Shown here: piece by piece, positions 9,406 through 17,500 of the stretch
Position numbering within the stretch: the stretch's first letter is position 1
Layout of the letters: each line of letters begins with the position of its first letter
Assembly (NCBI GenBank): GCA_030614005.1
Contig: JAUWKS010000036.1
Coordinates: forward strand, 1-32,000
DNA: 32,000 nt
Direction of reading: 5' to 3'
Source of the DNA: Candidatus Heimdallarchaeota archaeon
GTDB taxonomy: Archaea; Asgardarchaeota; Heimdallarchaeia; JABLTI01
The notes under the pieces: generated by a model
Seen by the model: only the letters and a program-made list of their open reading frames with translations
Told to the model about the DNA's origin: nothing
The model's database searches: none
Position numbers and translations under genes: made by a program

Positions 9406-9614
9406 AATTCAAACCTACAATTTTTAATTGCTGAATACTAATCTTTCGATGGTATTGTCTAAAGTAATACTTTGCCTTGGATAATATAAACACTTAGCAG
9501 AGAAAATCCAAGTAGATAGGTTATAGCTCTCCTAGAAAGTTATAACAGCTTTTTTAAAAGAGGACAAACTTCAAATATTTTGCTTAGAAAAAATTAGTTG
9601 CGAGACTTTAAACT

Positions 9615-10793
9615 ATGGATATCTGGATTACGTTATTGATTTTAGCAGTTGTTTGGTTTATAGTCTATATTGTAGCAAAATATCTCAAAGTAGATGAGAA
9701 ATACAATTGGACAATTGGTCCTTTGTTTCTTTTAATGAGAACAAAACGATTTAACAATTTTATTAAAAAAGTAGCAAAGAAATATGCTCGATTTTGGCGC
9801 CTAATAGGTAACATATCAATCTTTGTTGGTTTCGTATTAATGTTCGCATCACTGGGGTTGTTTCTATATACCCTGATTGATTTCTTTCTACCAAATCCAG
9901 CATTAGACACTGGTGGAGCTGCAGTTGGTCTAATTATCCCAGGTGTAACAATCTCTTTCAAAACGTTTCTTTACCTTATCATTCCCTTAATTTTAGTAAT
10001 GATCCCCCATGAATTTGCACACGGTGTAGTAAGTCATGCGGATGGAGTAGAATTAAAATCAACTGGTCTTGCCTTCTTTGCAGTCTTCTTTGGTGCTTTT
10101 GTAGAACCAGACGAAGAATCACTAATGAAAGCATCTGCTTTAACAAAAATGAGAACTTTTGCAGCTGGTATGTTCCCCAATTTTATTTTGGGTTTACTTG
10201 TTATTCCTGTTTTATTGTTTTCTTCTAACATTCTTGCACCGTTTTACCACAGTCCTGATGGAGTACTGATATTCGAAGTTGTTGATGATTCACCCGCAAG
10301 TACTGCAGGTTGGGAAAAAGGAACTGTTATGTTTGATATTAATGATACACATATGGTAGATGTTGAAGCTTTCTCTAACTATATAATGGACACTCACCCT
10401 AATGACCTAATTGTTGTTAATACTTCACAAGGCATTACTGAAGTTCATTTAGGAACAAATCCTCAGAACGAATCCATTGGTTTCTTGGGAGTTAAAACCC
10501 TGACATATCAAGAACCTAAATTTGTATTTCCTGGAAAATTCTTCCCTTTCCACTTTGCTCAACAAACAATGTGGATGTTAGTTGTAAGCTTTGGTGTAGT
10601 GTTATTTAATGCTCTACCTATCCCATTTTTGCTCGATGGTGATAAATTGCTTACATCATTTCTCTCTCATTACATGAAAAATCAAAAGGTAGCTTTAATC
10701 ATAATTAGCATCTTAAGATTTCTAGCGGTTGTACTATTCTTAGCTAATCTCATTTTACCACTTGTACGTTATGGTTTTGTACCAATAGGGTAA
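9615..10793 (+). CDS. Site-2 protease (M50 intramembrane metalloprotease) with PDZ domain
   Basis: PHEFAHG (HExxH), GAFVEPDE, AGMFPN, NALPIPFLLDGD. PDZ-like insert GVLIFEVVDDSPASTAG. Multiple TM helices. Confidence 0.92.
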   Translation: MDIWITLLILAVVWFIVYIVAKYLKVDEKYNWTIGPLFLLMRTKRFNNFIKKVAKKYARFWRLIGNISIFVGFVLMFASLGLFLYTLIDFFLPNPALDTGGAAVGLIIPGVTISFKTFLYLIIPLILVMIPHEFAHGVVSHADGVELKSTGLAFFAVFFGAFVEPDEESLMKASALTKMRTFAAGMFPNFILGLLVIPVLLFSSNILAPFYHSPDGVLIFEVVDDSPASTAGWEKGTVMFDINDTHMVDVEAFSNYIMDTHPNDLIVVNTSQGITEVHLGTNPQNESIGFLGVKTLTYQEPKFVFPGKFFPFHFAQQTMWMLVVSFGVVLFNALPIPFLLDGDKLLTSFLSHYMKNQKVALIIISILRFLAVVLFLANLILPLVRYGFVPIG

Positions 10794-10837
10794 ATTAAAA
10801 AATAGTTAGAAATTTTATCCATACGGAGAATGTATCC

Positions 10838-11851
10838 ATGTCTCAAAAATTACCAACGTGCTACTCATGCTCAAAAACAGCAATAACCTTCAGAAGAACG
10901 GATGGTAGATATTTTTGCAAAGATTGTTTTAGTAAATGGGTTCTCTCAACAGTTAGAAAATCAATTAAACAGAAAAAGATGTTTGATAGGAACGATAGGA
11001 TTATTGTTGGATTATCAGGAGGAAAAGACAGTACTGTTCTATTAGATGTTCTTAATCGCATCGAGAAAAAATATCCCTCAGAATTAATTGCTGTTTGTAT
11101 TGATGAAGGAATTGATGGATATCGAGATGATGGTTTACCAATAGCTGAAATGAATGCTAAGAAACTAGATATTGAATACCATTTATTTTCATTCAAAGAG
11201 CTTTTTGGCTATACATTAGATGAAATTGTTCAACGGTCTAGAGAATTGCAAAAGCTGTTGCCATCTACTAAGAAAACAAAAAAAATCCAACATGGGCCAT
11301 GTTCATATTGTGGAGTATTTCGAAGAAAAGCAATTAATCTCGCTGCTAGAAAACTAGATGGTGATAAAGTTGCTACAGGGCACAATCTCAGTGATGTATC
11401 TCAAACGATTATATTAAATCTTCTCCGTGGTGATTCATCCAAGCTTATTCGTGGAGATTTAAAACCCGAAAAAACTCATGAATTACTCATTCCAAGGGTC
11501 AAACCTTTACAAGCAGTAGCTGAAAGAGATGTTGTATTATATGCTTTTTATAAAGATATTACTTACCACACAACAGAATGTCCATACTCTGTCGAAGCAA
11601 TGCGTTTAGATGTCCGTAATTTCTTGATTGAAATAGAGGACAAATATCCTGGATCGTTAAATTGTGTTCGAAATGGAATGGAAAAAATAAGTCAACAATG
11701 TGCTGACAAAGTCATCCCAGAAAGTATACCCTCCAAGAAAATGCAGATACAATTATGTGAAAAATGTGGAGAAACTTCAAGCAGCCCAATTTGCATAGGC
11801 TGCCAAATGATTGACGTTCTTTTTAATACTGATTTTGAAATAAAGAAGTGA
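10838..11851 (+). CDS. tRNA 2-thiolation protein, TtuA/NcsA/Ncs6 (TIGR00269) family
   Basis: PP-loop SGGKDS, N-terminal CxxC..CxxC, CSYCGVFRR, GHN, ECPY, C-terminal CEKC..CIGC. Confidence 0.9.
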   Translation: MSQKLPTCYSCSKTAITFRRTDGRYFCKDCFSKWVLSTVRKSIKQKKMFDRNDRIIVGLSGGKDSTVLLDVLNRIEKKYPSELIAVCIDEGIDGYRDDGLPIAEMNAKKLDIEYHLFSFKELFGYTLDEIVQRSRELQKLLPSTKKTKKIQHGPCSYCGVFRRKAINLAARKLDGDKVATGHNLSDVSQTIILNLLRGDSSKLIRGDLKPEKTHELLIPRVKPLQAVAERDVVLYAFYKDITYHTTECPYSVEAMRLDVRNFLIEIEDKYPGSLNCVRNGMEKISQQCADKVIPESIPSKKMQIQLCEKCGETSSSPICIGCQMIDVLFNTDFEIKK

Positions 11852-11856
11852 AGAGA

Positions 11857-11985
11857 TTATTTCTTCACCATATCTCTCAAAACAGTATGTAGAATCCCAC
11901 CATTCCTATAATAGTCAACTTCAAAATCAAGACGAACTAAGACTTCAAATTGAGTCTCAAGTTCGTTTGTACCTGTGTATTCCAA
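11857..11985 (-). pseudogene. acnA: 3'-terminal remnant of aconitate hydratase A
   Basis: The minus strand reads LEYTGTNELETQFEVLVRLDFEVDYYRNGGILHTVLRDMVKK-stop. It matches the AcnA/IRP C-terminal signature F....R.DT..E..YY..GGIL..VLR, about 2 codons short after RLD. An in-frame TAG lies at 11988-11986. Confidence 0.8.
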
Positions 11986-11996
11986 CTAGCAGATAC

Positions 11997-13047
11997 CTAA
12001 GCTTCCGAATAAATAATATCAGATGAAATTTCTTGTATTGTTTTACAAGCAGTCATTTTCATTGCCTTTTTGAGTGTTTTTTGGAAATGGTCCATAATTC
12101 TGTAGACGCCATCTATACCACCACCAACTGCAGCTCTGATAACATCTCTTCCAATCAAAACACCATCTGCACCCAGTGCGAGCATCTTTAAAACATCATA
12201 ACCAGTACGAATGCCACCATCAACTAGTATTGTTGTTTTACCTTTCAATTCTGTTACAACTTTAGGTAGAACTTCTGCTGTACCGGGTGAGTGATCTAAA
12301 ACCCGGCCACCATGATTTGAAACAACAATAACATCAGCACCTGCTTCAACTGCTTTTTTAGCATCCTCTGCATACATCAATCCTTTCACAATAAATGGTA
12401 ATTTTGTTGCTTTTTTCAACTCTTTCAAATCATCAATTGTTTTATTGAAAACATGTTTTCCATGTTTTGCCATAATTAATGACCCACAACCATCTACATC
12501 AATACCTACAGCTATTGCTTTTGCTTTTTCTGCCTTCTTATAAAAATCATTTATTACTCTTTGCTCCCGTGGTTTCACTATTTTTATCCCCCAACCATCA
12601 GCTTCAGCAATTGCATCAATACCAAATGAATTTTCTAGTGAATATGTATAGGTATCACCTCTAAAACCAATTGTTCCTGCTTTTTTACATCCTAGAACTA
12701 TTGCTCTGCAGAGCTCTTTTTCTGTGATAGCATTATCCCCACCAAAACTATTTACACCTGTAACGCTAGCAGCCATTATTGGCATAGATATTTTTTTCCC
12801 CAGAAAAGTAGTTTCAGTGGTTGGTTCAAACTGTTTACCAACAACCCTCATTAGTAATTTCAATTTAACTAATGCCTTTACATTATTGGTAAAGCTAGCA
12901 CCTGATCCTGCTCCGCCCATACTAAGATATCTACCATAACTTTGTCCCTGACATAGTCAGGGATGGATTTCCATCGCATTCCCGATAAACGCCACAATAA
13001 CCTTTCATTTTTTCTTTAGCATTTCTTCTATCTTCTTCTACTGACAC
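11997..13047 (-). pseudogene. FMN-dependent alpha-hydroxy-acid oxidase/dehydrogenase carrying a +1 frameshift near 12959
   Basis: The main ORF 11997..12920 has SNHGGR, DGGIRTGYDVLKMLALGA and KGLM. The upstream GTG at 13047 (SD GGTGG) gives MSVEEDRRNAKEKMKGYCGVYRECDGNPS. Removing one base joins it to (R)LCQGQSYGRYLSMGGAGSG, restoring the Cys-containing N-terminus I recall from this subfamily. May be a sequencing error. Confidence 0.75.
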
Positions 13048-13223
13048 GGTTATCCACCAATATCGAGCTTTTACTAGTAATAATCGCTTCAAAATTACTG
13101 AAAGCAACTCTCTAATTGCTATTTTCGTTATAATTAATTAAGCACTTGGTTTAAAATTTATATCGTGGAATGAGAATGTTAGCAAAAATTAGTTCCTCCT
13201 TTCTAATTAAATTCACAGCAAAC

Positions 13224-13238
13224 AGAATTCTTTTTAAA
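13224..13238 (+). promoter_or_regulatory. BRE/TATA promoter of the SRP RNA
   Basis: TTTTTAAA at 13231-13238, 23-30 nt upstream of the predicted 5' end at 13261; purine-rich segment upstream. Confidence 0.6.
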
Positions 13239-13260
13239 GCAAATAGGTAAAAAAATACTT

Positions 13261-13565
13261 GGCAAGACTAGGTGGGGGTCCAGGGCTCCCCTATAACGGT
13301 AAATGCTCTATAACCGGCCGAATGCCCAAATTAGGTGTTGATATTAATTCAAGCGCCCGTCGGAAACCGTCGAAGCGACGTCCTAGAAGGTGTTTAATCG
13401 TGGAAGCCTTCTCCGGAGGGAAAGGTTAGAAAGCGTAGAGGTCAATTCGGTTAGGCGCGGAAGCGAGCGTCCGTCAACCTCGTTAGGCACGCCTCTAGGG
13501 GTGCGGCGCGGAGGTAACCGGCGGTAGCGGGGTTTTAGTTGATGCCTCGAGTTTGGGGTCTCGCC
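13261..13565 (+). ncRNA. ffs: Archaeal signal recognition particle RNA (7S RNA)
   Basis: GC-rich island. Helix 1 GGCAAGAC/GTCTCGCC closes the ends. Alu domain with loop-loop complementarity AGGGC (13282-86)/GCTCT (13305-09). Helix 6 CCTTCTCC-GGAG-GGAAAGG. Helix 8 AGG-CGC-GGAA-GCG-AGC (SRP54 site). Confidence 0.93.
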
Positions 13566-13567
13566 AC

Positions 13568-13582
13568 TTTTTTTCAAAAAAA
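13568..13582. terminator. Bidirectional oligo-T terminator (T7-C-A7)
   Basis: TTTTTTTCAAAAAAA directly after the SRP RNA and downstream of the convergent gene ending at 13616. Confidence 0.65.
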
Positions 13583-13615
13583 GGATTAAAGCGAAAAGAA
13601 CTTAACCTTTTCAGC

Positions 13616-14260
13616 TTATTTTGGTCCTATAACTTCTACTGGGTCTTGATTGAAGGTCACAGCAAATAAAACGAGTAATTTTTCACCACTTACTGCTTCA
13701 GCGCCCACTAAATTTACCCCTGTTTTAGTTGCAAGGATAAAATTAAACATTTCTTTTGGACTTGAATATTTCTGATCTATTAAATCATATTTCTTTTCTA
13801 TTGTGCCAAAATTTGTCCATTCCCACATATTTTTGATAGTTACTTCACTTGTAATTTTCAACACTTTTCTATTTTGTGGGATTTGGGTTAGTGCTTCATA
13901 TTCTTCGGTTATTTCTTTAGGAATTTTTTTAACAATAAAAGCTCGAATCAGTTCTTTTTTTGTTGATATTGCTGTTTCAATTTGGAGAGAAAGAAATGGG
14001 TCACTTTCCTTCATGAAAATTACTTGAAAAACTAAATCTTGAGCTTTGGAGATATTTCCTGCGAGCATATATCTTGCTATGCTTTTAGCAATAATTTTAG
14101 GTGCAGCTTTCTTTTCAGCATCGCCACCTTCTCTGAGACTTTTCGTTCCAATTTCTTCAAAGATTTTTGCTGCTTTCAGATGTTTCCCTTCGGAGACAAA
14201 ATTTTGAGCCTTGTCTAGTTCTGCTTGGTATTTCATTTCGTCTAGCACCTTAATTGACAT
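13616..14260 (-). CDS. Hypothetical protein with N-terminal helical-repeat (TPR/SNAP-like) region
   Basis: 214-aa ORF with normal composition; small-residue helical pattern KAQNFVSEGKHLKAAKIFEEIG..AAPKIIAKSIARYMLAGNISKA. Family not recognised. Confidence 0.7.
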   Translation of the reverse strand: MSIKVLDEMKYQAELDKAQNFVSEGKHLKAAKIFEEIGTKSLREGGDAEKKAAPKIIAKSIARYMLAGNISKAQDLVFQVIFMKESDPFLSLQIETAISTKKELIRAFIVKKIPKEITEEYEALTQIPQNRKVLKITSEVTIKNMWEWTNFGTIEKKYDLIDQKYSSPKEMFNFILATKTGVNLVGAEAVSGEKLLVLFAVTFNQDPVEVIGPK

Positions 14261-14422
14261 TAAATGGATTAATCTTTCAATTAATTGTGTATTCTTGTAT
14301 TAGAATATGAATTTGTTGTTATTAACAAATAGAAATTTGGCATCTAATATAAGGTTAAAACAAATTAAAAATAAATAAAAATGAAAAGAATGGTGTGTTA
14401 TCCCACACAAAGAATAAGGAGA

Positions 14423-14641
14423 TTATCTCCTTCCTCTTCTTCGAGATCTTCCACCAGTAAGTATTTTTTGCTCGTATCTTTCTGTCCACTTGAGCTTTCG
14501 TGGGTTGCGTTTGAACTCTATCATAGATACTCTGCATTTGCGAGAACAGAACCAGAGTGCAGAACCATCGTTTTTTACATACATTGTTCCTGTGCCAGAT
14601 TCAATAGTTGAAGCGCAAAAAGCACATGTTTGTTCTTTCAT
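14423..14641 (-). CDS. rpl24e: 50S ribosomal protein L24e (eL24)
   Basis: CAFC..IESGTGTMYVKNDG..WFCSRKC..KRNPRKLKWT. Confidence 0.97.
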   Translation of the reverse strand: MKEQTCAFCASTIESGTGTMYVKNDGSALWFCSRKCRVSMIEFKRNPRKLKWTERYEQKILTGGRSRRRGRR

Positions 14642-14657
14642 AGTAAATCTACTCCGA

Positions 14658-14909
14658 TTATCTTCGTCCTCTCATTCTGCGAGCTTCACGTTCAGTTTCG
14701 CGAAGGATTAGAATATCACCAACTCTTATTGGACCTTTAACGTTACGTGTCATAATTCTCATTCGATCTGGTCCTTCTAATACACGAACCTTACATTGGA
14801 GAACTTCGCCTGTAACACCAGTACGAGCTACAACTTGAACAATTTCGGCAGGATAACCTCTATCTTGTCCAGCGCCTTCGTCTCTTGGAGCTTGTCTTCT
14901 TCTACTCAT
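14658..14909 (-). CDS. rps28e: 30S ribosomal protein S28e (eS28)
   Basis: [52 protein letters not shown] at 14909 preferred over GTG at 14918. Confidence 0.97.
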   Translation of the reverse strand: MSRRRQAPRDEGAGQDRGYPAEIVQVVARTGVTGEVLQCKVRVLEGPDRMRIMTRNVKGPIRVGDILILRETEREARRMRGRR

Positions 14910-14939
14910 AATTTTCACTTGCCTTTTGAGTTAGCTATT

Positions 14940-15311
14940 TTATTTCTTTAAAGCAGTAAGTTTTTTTGCCAATGCTGCTAAAGCTTCTTTTGCACTACCA
15001 GGATTCAAGATACCTGCACTTGAGGATTGTACTTCTAATCCTAGGGCTTTACCAATGTCTTTTTTAGAGCCACATACGACATATGGAATATTCTTTTCTT
15101 CACAGAGAAGAGGTAAGTGGGCAACAATTTCGGGTGGCTGAACATCATCAGCGATCAAAACGAGTTTAGCTTGATTTCTTTCAATTGCTTTAGTCGTTTC
15201 ATTGGTACCTTTTCTGGTTTTACCGGTGTCTCTTGCTTTTTCGAGAATCTTTAGAGCTTCTTGCTTCAATTCTGTTGGAATATCTACGTTAACATAGAAT
15301 GGTTTGCTCAT
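14940..15311 (-). CDS. rpl7ae: 50S ribosomal protein L7Ae (eL8)
   Basis: RKGTNETTKAIER..AKLVLIADDVQPPEIVAHLPLLCEEKNIPY; GGAGG SD upstream. Confidence 0.98.
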   Translation of the reverse strand: MSKPFYVNVDIPTELKQEALKILEKARDTGKTRKGTNETTKAIERNQAKLVLIADDVQPPEIVAHLPLLCEEKNIPYVVCGSKKDIGKALGLEVQSSSAGILNPGSAKEALAALAKKLTALKK

Positions 15312-15320
15312 TATTGTTAT

Positions 15321-15383
15321 CCTCCTCGCGCTTCCTCATCGCTAATCAACATAGATAAATCAATTAGCTGGTCATTGCCGAGG
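15321..15383 (-). promoter_or_regulatory. Kink-turn-like 5' UTR hairpin overlapping the rpl7ae SD (putative L7Ae autoregulation site)
   Basis: Leader CCUCG-GC-AAU-GACCA-GCUAAU...AUUAGC-GAU-GAGGA-AGCG-CGAGG-AGG. Paired arms, two mirror 3-nt-bulge+GA elements; the basal stem takes in part of GGAGG. Confidence 0.6.
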
Positions 15384-15413
15384 TAATTCTTAAGTAGAAA
15401 CAAGAAGAATCCT

Positions 15414-15428
15414 ATTTTAAATCTTTCC
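15414..15428 (-). promoter_or_regulatory. BRE/TATA promoter of the rpl7ae operon
   Basis: Minus strand GGAAAGA-TTTAAAAT, placing the start site near 15390, just upstream of the leader hairpin. Confidence 0.55.
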
Positions 15429-15452
15429 TTCAAAATTAATTAATTGTCTAGT

Positions 15453-16286
15453 TTACTTTTTTTGCTCTTTTATTTTGTTTCTTACTGCTATTAACTCATC
15501 CATAAATTCATTGAGTGAAAGATCAATATTCTTAGCTAGACTTGTAAGAGTTGTAACAATAAGATAAAGCAAATCCTGATCTTTTTTCTTGTTCTTGGCT
15601 TCTTCTTGTTCGGATATTTTGAGCAAAATTTCACCAATTCTGATGGCAATAGTCTTATTCTTGAAAGGAGTTTTGCTTAAAGCTTGAATTACGATTACCT
15701 GAAATTCTTTTCGTTTTGTTAATTCTAACTGATCAAGTATAAGTTGTAATCCAGCGAGATTTCCAGTATAAGTTAATTCTTGGATTGCTTTTCCGCGTAT
15801 TTTACCAGCAGTTTCAGGATTTTTAATGAGAGCGATTAACCATTGAACACTTGTATTATCACCTAGTTTACCTAACAATTCAAGTGATTTAATTCGCACA
15901 TCAAATACTTCTCCTTTGTCTTCAACGGTACTTGTTAAAATGGAAGGAAGATCCGCACCTTTAATGTTCAATAATGCTTCACTTACATGATGAGTCATTG
16001 TGAGATCCTTATCTATAATGCTCTGTCTAAAGGATGCTATTAATGCCCAGGTAGCTCGGGGGTTGCCTAATTTTCCGAGCAAATCAGCAGAAAATCGTCT
16101 TACTTCACTATTAGAATCATATTGTAAAGAATGGATAAGTGGATCTATTGCTTTCTCTTGCCCCAAACGATAAAGCTTACTGGCTGCACCGAAGCGCTTA
16201 TTCCAGTCTGAATCGGTTTTCAAAATAGTAATCAGAGGTTCTAAATTTTCTTTAATTGGGGAATCATCTTCGGGTTGATTGCTCAT
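15453..16286 (-). CDS. HEAT-repeat (PBS lyase-like) protein
   Basis: Repeats of D..VR..AA..LG.LG type (KRFGAASKLYRLG..AIDPLI; VRRFSADLLGKLGN; VRIKSLELLGKLGD). Confidence 0.88.
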   Translation of the reverse strand: MSNQPEDDSPIKENLEPLITILKTDSDWNKRFGAASKLYRLGQEKAIDPLIHSLQYDSNSEVRRFSADLLGKLGNPRATWALIASFRQSIIDKDLTMTHHVSEALLNIKGADLPSILTSTVEDKGEVFDVRIKSLELLGKLGDNTSVQWLIALIKNPETAGKIRGKAIQELTYTGNLAGLQLILDQLELTKRKEFQVIVIQALSKTPFKNKTIAIRIGEILLKISEQEEAKNKKKDQDLLYLIVTTLTSLAKNIDLSLNEFMDELIAVRNKIKEQKK

Positions 16287-16317
16287 TTGTATAAACTCCT
16301 GAGTGAGTTAATTTTTT

Positions 16318-17415
16318 TTATTCAAAACCTCTAGCAGATAACCATTGAGCAGTTTTCCCTACAATTGCTAGGGGCACAGATCTTAATGCTTCGAGGTTTA
16401 TTGCTCCTACAAGGAACATAGCAGTCTTTAGTTCTTGAATAAAAAGAGTGATGCTTTCTATTAATTGTATTTCGGTTCCGTCCTTTAGTATTTGAGCAAT
16501 AGGCAATGCCATGCCAACGAGATTTGCTTTTAGAGATAATGCTTTGGCAGCTTCTAACCCATTTCTAATTCCACCAGAAGCAATTATTTCCACATTTTCT
16601 GAAAGCTTAGAAATTTCTAAAGTACTAACAGCGGTTGATAAACCCCAGTTTCCAAATAATTCGCCTATTTTTTGATTAGTAAGCTTCATTTGTTGTTGAG
16701 CACGAACGGCTTCTATTTTTGCCCAACTCGTTCCTCCTGCACCTGCCACATCAATTGCTTGGACACCTGCTTCAATAAGTGCATTACCATCTTCAATTGC
16801 AATGCCAGAACCAACCTCTTTGGCAATTATAGGGCAATCAAGCTCTTTACTCAAAGTAGCTATTTTAGGTAATAATTTATCGAAATTTCTATCCCCTTCG
16901 GGTTGGACTACTTCTTGTAAAGGATTAAGATGTAAAATAAGTGCATCAGCTTTTATCATTTCAACAACTTTTTTGATTTGCTTGAATGTAACATTATAGT
17001 TTAGCTGCACTGCACCAATATTCGCAGCAATAAATGCTGTAGGGGCAACTTCTCGCACAACAGAAAAAGTATCTACTAAAGAAGGGTCCAATAAGGCTGC
17101 ACGTTGACTTCCTACACCCATGCCGATTTGAAGTTTCTCAGCCACTCGAGCGATTTTTTCATTCATACTCTTTGCTTCGTGTACCCCACCTGTCATTGAT
17201 GAAAGAAAGATTGGAGATGAGAAATTATGCCCAAGAAATTTACTTTCAATACTAATCTTGTCAAAGTTTATCTCTGGAACAGCACGAGGGACAAAAAGGA
17301 TATCCTCAAAACCATTGCTAACAGACATTTCAATATCATATTTATCGCTACAGCAAATTTCAAGATGGTCATCTTTTCGTTGTTCGATAAGCTGTTTTTC
17401 ATTTTTCTTAACCAT
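16318..17415 (-). CDS. fni: Type 2 isopentenyl-diphosphate delta-isomerase (FMN-dependent IDI-2)
   Basis: RKDDHL, SMTGG, GVGSQRA, HLNPLQEVVQPEGD, KEVGSG, AGAGGTSW..IE..R, ASGGIR. ATG at 17415 has AGGTG SD. Confidence 0.96.
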   Translation of the reverse strand: MVKKNEKQLIEQRKDDHLEICCSDKYDIEMSVSNGFEDILFVPRAVPEINFDKISIESKFLGHNFSSPIFLSSMTGGVHEAKSMNEKIARVAEKLQIGMGVGSQRAALLDPSLVDTFSVVREVAPTAFIAANIGAVQLNYNVTFKQIKKVVEMIKADALILHLNPLQEVVQPEGDRNFDKLLPKIATLSKELDCPIIAKEVGSGIAIEDGNALIEAGVQAIDVAGAGGTSWAKIEAVRAQQQMKLTNQKIGELFGNWGLSTAVSTLEISKLSENVEIIASGGIRNGLEAAKALSLKANLVGMALPIAQILKDGTEIQLIESITLFIQELKTAMFLVGAINLEALRSVPLAIVGKTAQWLSARGFE

Positions 17416-17500
17416 TGAGCACACCTAAAACAAATGAAACATAATCTGACAGTACGCTAATACTTATTAAATTATTATTATCAAACAGAAATTGGTTGGG

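Noticed and set aside
12955-12960. TGA near Cys codons in the FMN oxidase as possible selenocysteine
   Set aside because: The TGA is in the downstream frame, whose upstream codons do not match the family; a frameshift rather than readthrough is needed to join the two parts.
13139-13199. Strong AAGGAGG SD on the minus strand followed by a TTG 15-codon ORF
   Set aside because: Too short and featureless to support; could be chance or a decayed gene start.
13261-13565. GC-rich island as RNase P RNA or tRNA; 64-aa ORF 13383..13577
   Set aside because: No RNase P P4 consensus or cloverleaf; helix 6, helix 8 and Alu features identify SRP RNA. The ORF is a shadow of the RNA gene.
14290-14330. Two tandem inverted repeats with 6-nt spacers upstream of the 214-aa gene
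   Set aside because: Arms are only 6-7 bp and almost all A/T, and the two repeats differ from each other; expected by chance at this composition.
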